Origin: Octopus vulgaris
Taxonomy: Eukaryota
NCBI GenBank assembly: GCA_951406725.2
Contig: OX597825.1
Coordinates: 8,742,001 to 8,806,000 of the forward strand
Direction: 5' to 3'
Length of the DNA: 64,000 bases
Position 1 is the stretch's first letter; each line of letters begins with the position of its first letter. The translations under genes and the position numbers were made by a program. This document shows, in pieces, positions 56,002 through 64,000 of the stretch. The notes under the pieces were generated by a model, which was given only the letters and a program-made list of their open reading frames with translations, did not search any database and was not told the DNA's origin.

Positions 56002-56830
56002 AATATACTGTCAAACCTAACACCAGATTTCTCCGAAGAAATGTTACCTTTTGTAATGCAGAGCGGAGAATGGAAATGAAAAATCTTTCGAAAATAAAAG
56101 TCTAATTGCGTGATGACCAAAACAAGAGACTTAGCCGAACAAGAATACAAAACAATTGTAAGAATGCAAAGTGTTTAGCTCTTTGGCACAATCAAAACCT
56201 TCTATGCGTGAATCCACATACTATTGTGCAGAAAATGCATTTCATCTCAAATATCCTCAAACTCTACCTTGATAAATAATTCTAAAATGCATATTTTCAT
56301 TAAAGTGAAAAACGGTGAAAAAGAAAGAGATTTTTATGATATCATTTTCAGATTAAATATAAATAAACGTACACTGATATGGCTAGCCATGGTCAAATAA
56401 AAATGAAATTATGTGTTGTCTGCAATAAAATAATAATAATTTATTTGAAATATTTTTAAGTATCTATGTTCAAACGAATTGAATATGTTGAGCAATAAAC
56501 GAATTTATTGTAGTGAACAGTAAACAAATTTCATTCGTAATGTTTCGAATATATGAACTATGATTTGCAGAAATAAGTCTCACTTCTGATCAAAAGATCA
56601 ATAGAAACATCTACCATTGTTTTAAAAACGACGGTTATCGCATTAGAAATATGTCCGCAATGATCCGTGTCGAGGTTAAAAAGGCACCAAATATTTCATT
56701 TTGTAATATTCACCAAACCTTCAATGCATTATGCTTTTCTAAGCTCCTGGGAAAATGGTGAGGTGTAATTCTAAAAGCAGTCAATGAGTTATATACACAT
56801 TATATATAAATCAATTATATTCACAGAGAG

Positions 56831-57062
56831 AGGCGACGAGCTGGCAGAAACGTTAGCACGCCGGGCGAAATGCGTAGCCATATTTCGTCTGCCGTTACGT
56901 TCTGGGTTCAAATTCCACCGAGGTCACCTTTGCCTTTCATCATTTCGTGGTCGATAAATTAAGTACCAGTGCGTAACTGGGGTCGATGTAATTGATTTAA
57001 TCCGTGTGTGTGTCCTTGCTTGTCCCCTCCGTGTTTAGCCCCTTGTGGGTAGTAAAGAAATA
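56831..57062 (+). mobile_element. Meta-like SINE monomer with TSD
   Basis: TSD TATATTCACAGA(G/T)AG at 56816-56830 and 57063-57077. Confidence 0.93.
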
Positions 57063-57099
57063 TATATTCACAGATAGAAATATATTGTATACTGTATAG

Positions 57100-57318
57100 C
57101 AGTGGTTTTCAACCAGGGTTCCGCGGAACCTTAGGGTTCCGCCAGTACTGTCCAGGGGTTCCGCAAGAAATTACAAAACTGCTAAAATCGGGAGAAATTT
57201 TTAATTATCCTGTGCAAATATGTGTGCATAAGACTATTAAATTATTGCACAGGGGTTCCTCGAGCCAGTGACATGTTTCTTTGGGGTTCCACTCCAGCAA
57301 AAAGTTTGAAAAGCACTG
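57100..57318. mobile_element. hAT (Charlie-like) MITE
   Basis: TIRs CAGTGGTTTTCAACC / GTTTGAAAAGCACTG, perfect 8-bp TSD CTGTATAG, repeated GGGTTCC subterminal motifs. Confidence 0.93.
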
Positions 57319-58109
57319 CTGTATAGTATAGTAAAGAAAAGCATGTTTTAGAGCAGGACATATCCATGCCTTGTTTCGCTATTATCAGGTATGTTCATAA
57401 ATTTGGTAACACGAGCAATGAATGGAATGATTTGTTACACATATATTTTGATAAAACATTTTCACAGCGTACAGCATTATTTCTCGAGATCTCGTTTCCG
57501 TAGGAGAAATTATTTTCACGTATCAGAGCAAAATGCTTTTAATGCCACCAAATTGGCCAACTCTAGCTTTAAAAGTGTTTCTCTCTGTTTCATGCATATC
57601 TTTGAAGTCTTTCGTGTCTGGAGAAATGCTTCAAACTAGCCTTGGAGAGCATAAAAATACGTATCTAACTCGCATGCTGCCCTTGGCTGTATTCCTATAC
57701 TATAAATAAGTAAAATAAATGCGTAAAACATGTCGGAATTGGAAAAGAAAGTGGCAGTAACATTATCCTCAACAAAAAAACGTGTTATCTGAGATATAAC
57801 ATTGATAAAATAGAAATACTCTGTAACATTTGTATACTTTCCAGAAAATTTCAGTGATTCAGAATACAAAACGTGTTGCTCTCGATTTCTAACTATATAT
57901 ATATATATATATATATATTTGTGTGTATGTATGTATGTATGTATGTATGTATGTATGTATGTATGTATGTATGTATGTATGTATATATATGTATATATAT
58001 ATATATGTGTGTGTTTGTGTGTGTCTGTGTGTGTAACGTTTCCTTTATGCAAAACAGCATACGAGGAATAAAAGTGATATAATGCTGACTGTCGCTTAAC
58101 TATCAATTT

Positions 58110-58480
58110 CAATAAATTCCAGAGACCTGTCATGAACGTTATGGAAACAGAAGACTACGACTCTCCATGAATTTCAAAAAGACGCCTGTCGAGGCAAACA
58201 TTGCACAACAAGCTACAGGAATCGGGGTCGCAGTCTTAGAAAGTGTGAATTATTTTCCTTACGTGGGAAGCCGTCAACTTCCGATACTGATGTGGACGAG
58301 GAACTCCGGTATTTACATCGAAAGCGCCGGTGCAGCCTTTGGCTGTCTTCGAACGAGAGTGTGCCAGGATCTAGACATTCGAAATGACACATAAATGGTG
58401 TTACACTATGCAGTGATCATCATCAGGTTTCTGTGCGAATCTGATACCCGAACTATTTACGGAACACATATATACACCAC
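58110..58480 (+). mobile_element. Decayed RTE-clade LINE RT C-terminal fragment
   Basis: LSMNFKKT…LESVNYFPYVGS…SAGAAFGCLRTRVCQDLDIRNDT*MVLHYAVII matches RTE LENVxxFxYLGS…AxAAFGRLRxRV…TKxxVYxAVV. Confidence 0.85.
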
Positions 58481-58503
58481 GAAAGTTAACGCCAGAACTA
58501 GTG

Positions 58504-58546
<43 letters not shown>

Positions 58547-59912
58547 CATTTATATATATGTATGTATTACACATATATATTACATATATATATATGCATG
58601 TATATATATATATATATATATATATAACATATATATTCATGTATGTATGTGTGTATGTATATATACATAAATATATACATATATATTGAAAATATGTGTT
58701 ATAATACTATTCTACAGCCATACCAATGATTCAACATACATCTATCGTCAGCTGCCTCACGGATATCATTATGGTTTCGACACTTCAGCAGTACTACTCA
58801 ATCCGACGGTGTCAACAGCACTAAAATAAGTATTGTTTGGGACAAAACAAATCAAAGAAGACACAACCTTCAAACACATTTACCCTATGTACAACAGTAT
58901 CGATAAATAATTTCAATAAGTAAATTACAACCACTCCTAATTACGTAGCTATACGGCGATAACTCTATTAAGTCATACAAAATTTATAATACCTGCTGCC
59001 TTCCGTATTGTAATATAAAAATTAAAAAAAACTTAATTACCACATTATTTCAATGAATCAATATATAGGCAAGATTAAACGCTAACTTTACTAAAACTGC
59101 ATCGAGAGACGTATAGACCAGTGTACAGTGTATCGGTATTAATAGTAAACTGCCATAACAAAATTATATGCTGATTTCCGATCGATTCCATATAAATAAT
59201 AATCCCAACGGTCTTCCATAGATCTACTATAATGAAAGTTTAAGCCTTATGAAATTTTTCCAAACCAAAACAAGATTAAAATTAATTTACCCAATATTTT
59301 TATGAGTGAAATAAATTATTGCATCATTCAAAAGTTAATGATAAAACACTACATACACATTAATATATCACCACAAGTTATAATATTAAATTACCTGTGA
59401 GTAATATAAAATTAAATTTCATTAAACAGAAAGTAATAAATGTACTTGTAATTAACTATTATTATAAACCTTGCTATGTTTAAAGGTAATTAAACTGTTT
59501 AAAATATAATAAAAGCATTAACAGATGTTTAATGAAACGCACGGTTCCCTCACCAAGAATTTAAATGACTAATTAAATATTGATAAGGTAGTGCATAATT
59601 ACTACTTCCTTAATTCATCATTATTGGTGACGTAGTAAGCAAATAACTCGAATCGTAAACCTCCAAATCCTTGCAAATATTTGCAAAGCCGAAGACTACA
59701 TATTACCCATCGTTTTTTATTTATAAATTTCAAGTTTCCCAACAAAACAGCGATTAAAAGTTTTAAACCAACTAACCATATTCATACCTTTGTTTTAGTA
59801 AATGGCGTAATAATAAAACTAGCTCTTTCTTTCGTTTTTCTTTTACTTATATTATTATATCCCTTGTACAACAATTAGACAAGAAATCTTTACCATTCTC
59901 TCTCTCTCTCTC

Positions 59913-59991
<79 letters not shown>

Positions 59992-60527
59992 CAGAATATT
60001 GACAAAAAAGCATAAATGAACGGATATGTATAACAAAAAATAGCGTGAGAATAGTTAAAAATGTTTCCTCCCAATTTTAGCAAATAATTGAATCGTTTCC
60101 GAATCGATAAAATACTGAATGAAATACGATAACCATACAGAAAATTTCTTGTCTGTTTAGGCAGTTAACGTAAATATTTTGCAAGCTGGAGTTATCAGCA
60201 TATGTCTTGGGGTGTTTTGGTATTTTTCAATCTTTCTATTTACCATTGCTTTGAGCTATTTTCATGCAGAGCACCGAATTTTTCCTCCTTTCTCTAGGGT
60301 CAACCTACCTTAATAATAGTATTAATGTATCCTTTTCTTTTCGTGACGTAACATATAGATGGGCACACACTAAGTAGTTAATGGGTGGTATCATTTGGCA
60401 TTATGTGTACTATTCCTTTCAAGCGATAGAAGCGTTTTGTTTGACCGCACGCCAGAAATTTTTGTTGTGGATTGTGTACAACATACTTTAATCTCAAGAC
60501 ACACATACACAGGCACAGACCCACCCA

Positions 60528-60614
<87 letters not shown>

Positions 60615-60767
60615 CATATATATATATACTTGTATATAAAATTAGTTTTGTCACTTCCTTGTCATTAAAAGCAAAGCGTAAACTGTAAACCTTAGATGTA
60701 TAAATGCGTTATATTATGCGTGTCTGCGTATATGAAAGAGTGTATGTGTGTTTATGTGTGCGTTGTT

Positions 60768-60798
<31 letters not shown>

Positions 60799-62915
60799 AG
60801 TGCGTGTGTGTGTGTGTACCACGAGGAAAGAAATGATAATATAAGCAATACCAAGATAATCATTGATATAAAAAAGACGATAGACTTTAGATTAATTTTT
60901 TGGAAATATCTTTACTATAACTAAAAAAAACTATTTTTTCTTTAGTCCTAGTCTTTTACATTGTCGTTTCAACTACTTCTTTTATCTATAAAGTTTTATT
61001 TCGTTTTTATTCGACTTTTGCTTTATTGTCAACTAAAATTTCTGTCATTCTTTCAATATTTCATTTTCTCCTTTTATATAAAATGCCATTATTTTGCTTT
61101 ATGTTTTCCATTTTGCACCTGCCGTTGGGAATGTAAGAATAATATTATGTTTTCCAATAATATTTGACATCCCAAATCAGTTGGGTGAATCAATGATTTT
61201 AAACTTAATTGTCTTAATGGAACGCTTAATAATAATCAAAAATGACATTTAAGATTGATAGACGTTAGTGCTATTAATCACTGTTTATTATTTTCTATAA
61301 AAAGGCGCGAAAAAATAACGACTAAAAAATAATTCATAACAAAGGCCTTTTCAAGATCCTTTCATAAGCCATTTGACTTGTATTAAAACGGATGATTCGC
61401 CACTTGCTTGTGAATTCTTCTTCATATTCGGTGGACATAATGGAAATCTATATTAGTACAATATATTTGTCGTACTATACACACAAACATAGAGTTATGT
61501 ACTAATACGTTTAAGGCTTGAAAATATATGTAGGCTGATAAATATGTATGAATGTATAGTTGCGTATAGGTGTGTGTCTTCTGTGTTTGGGTGTATGCGT
61601 GTGAGCAAATGGCATCAACTCGTTCTTGCATATGTACATGCGTGTCAATATAAGTTCTGAGTGTGCCTGTGTTCGTACGTACTGATTGGTGTACGTGTGT
61701 CTTTATATCTATACGTGAGTGTTAGTATTTAGAGTATATATGTATGTGTGCGTAGTACATGTTTCAAGTCTGCCACGAATAGTTAGTTAAAACAATGTTA
61801 TGTCGGGTAAATTTTCTCTAGTGAATTGTTATAAATGATGGGTTTCATGAATATATAGATATATGAATTGAACCCAGAAAGATATACATTGTTTAATTTC
61901 AAGATATAAATAAGGAAAAAAGCATAATAGGAATAAACGTTTCGAATGGACATTTCTTCCATAAAGTTTGAAGAGAGAATTTTGGCCCAAGCGTTACCAA
62001 CAAATTTTCTTCAAACTTTGATGTTCAAATAATTGTATATATCCCGTGTTTTTCCACTCATCGATATTTTCATTGTAGCATTCGATTTATATCTCTTTGG
62101 GGGTAAGACACTCTGTTCCGTTTATCCTATCTACTCTATTGATATTTCTACGCTAACACTGAGAATTCCCTTGTCGATTTTCGAAACACATATATATATA
62201 TACACAATACTTCAAAATACAAAAATATTTTTTCTTCATATATCGTGTGTCTTTGAATGTGTATATACATTCTTTATATTGATGTATCCGTGTGCTTTAA
62301 CCATTGCGACCGCTTCGAGGCTTATTGCAGCAATGAACCAAATATCATTTCTTTTATAAATTTATACATGAAAAATTTTATCAGGTATTATGTGTAAAAT
62401 AATATCTTTGGGTGACATATATTTAGTTAATTTTCCGGATATTATATATATAGTGTAAAGTAAACGTTTTTGTTTGGAAAGCTGAAATTGCCTCAAAATC
62501 ATTTGTACAGGTGAATAGGTGACTGTGTATATAGGAGTTAATTTCATGAAAACATTATAGTATGTTATTGTATTGCGAAATGTTAAAAGACTTTCTGTTT
62601 AAATGCGTGTATGTTAATTGCTAGCTACAACTGGTTGGATATGATACAGGAATATGATAATATGTGTTCACGCTGATAGATGATTCAGCATGTCGTAACG
62701 GAAATATGTGAATGTATGCGTTCATTGTTATGATATATGTTTCTGAAACTGTCAACGGAATTTAATGAATGTGTGTGTTAATTGTTGTGTCAAATGTTCA
62801 GGCATATGCATCCGGACATAAATGAACGTATTGATGTGTCTTACTGAACCATGTTACATGTACAAGGATACTTATCTGGAAATTGTTGTTAGACCAGCTG
62901 ACCGGTGTCAGCTGG

Positions 62916-62960
62916 TCTAGGCCGAAGAAGGACAATCATCCTGAAACACGTGTCTCTAGA
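62916..62960 (+). ncRNA. Minimal type I hammerhead ribozyme motif (CCGA core variant), all stems intact
   Basis: TCTAGG-CCGAAGA-AGGA-CAATCA-TCCT-GAAAC-ACGT-GTC-TCTAGA; 6-bp stem I (one G-U), 4-bp stem II, palindromic stem III; predicted cleavage after C62954. Confidence 0.75.
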
Positions 62961-63270
62961 TGCAGCCCGGGCGGCCGGGGGTGTTTGTCTCCCCTTCGTA
63001 AATGTATATAAGGACACTGGAAAAATGTGTCAAAGCCATCAGGAGGCGTCGATGCTTCCTAGGGCTATACAGTGGTGGTGCACCCCCCTACTGTCACGTT
63101 CGTGTTAGATAGACAGTATACAACCATTCTATCGCCCCACCACCGTACATGTCTCTACGAGAGATTTAGAAATTTAGTATTTCTGATTTTGATAAACAGT
63201 GAATAGACTTCACTGAAATTTAGATATATACGTTGCGAGGCGAGACAAATATCACCAGCTGAATAAAATA

Positions 63271-63337
63271 TAAAGGCGGTGCTCCAGTATGGCCGCAGTC
63301 AAAATGACTGAAACAAGTAAAAGAGAGAGTAAAGAGA
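63271..63337 (+). mobile_element. CORE-like SINE 3' tip
   Basis: TAAAGGCGGTGCTCCAGTATGGCCGCAGTC…GAAACAAGTAAAAGAG. Confidence 0.85.
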
Positions 63338-64000
63338 TATTGTTAATTGCACAGAAATATGTCTTTGCATATGTGTCTGGAAAAGTATGATAGTGTGGCT
63401 TTATTGTTAAGCTACGTTTTGAAACACATAAATTTACATTTAAAGTGTACATTTTGTACTTTCGGGCAATGGTTGGCAACAAAAGGGCATCTAGTTGTTA
63501 TGATTATATCGAATGTGAGGAACTGATCAAATTTAGATACGATCTAGTATATGTCTTTAAAAATGGGGAGATTGTAAACTGATCAGGAGCTCCGGGGAAC
63601 AATGAAGACTAATGAGATTCGTTTCTATTCCGAAGACGTCGCATAAAAAATGACTAAGTGTGGGCAATTAATTAAAATGATCCTCCAGAACGGTTCTATG
63701 GAAAATTAAATTGGATTCAACTAAAAATAGCTGGAGCGTCTACAAACGGAGAGCAATTAGAATGTGCAACAATAACATCAACAATATTACACATTAAGTA
63801 AGAAATGGTTTAAAAATCTATAAATTAATCTGAGTGGACAACAATGTAACACTTTATAATAGAGTTTTATAAGTGATTGAAGGAATGACCAAATGGGGAT
63901 TTAGTGAGATATTTAATTAGAATGACAGTGGGGAAGTTTCGTTGTGAATTAGGTAATTCATTACTCCATCGTCCCTTAGTGCGTGCCAATGTTGAATTGG

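Noticed and set aside
56625-56760. VKKAPNISFCNIHQ resembling the hAT CxxH region
   Set aside because: Single weak motif with no supporting context
60090-60205. Possible minus-strand hammerhead with long stem II insertion
   Set aside because: Core and stems cannot be reconstructed from this copy

Overview
AT-rich, microsatellite-saturated eukaryotic DNA. The repeat families (tRNA-derived SINEs with Meta-, CORE- and V-like bodies, Dong/R4 tails in TAA arrays, TA-embedded Penelope-type elements) look like those of an octopod cephalopod (Octopus); this is inferred from repeat recognition only. I find no recognisable intact host gene. Almost all listed ORFs are translations of (TA)n/(CA)n/(TAA)n tracts, so the window is probably intergenic or a large intron. 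It contains decayed transposase/RT fossils (Tigger/pogo, Chapaev3, Penelope, L1/Tx1, CR1, RTE), three non-autonomous Helitrons, a hAT MITE with a perfect 8-bp TSD, at least 16 SINE copies or fragments and several long palindromes. The most interesting signal is about eight minimal type I hammerhead-ribozyme-like motifs from about six unrelated short repeat families. Several share a non-canonical CCGA core in place of CUGA, one is overlapped by a perfect competing hairpin, and two sit on opposite arms of an inverted repeat. Boundaries of decayed elements are approximate and all assignments were made by eye.
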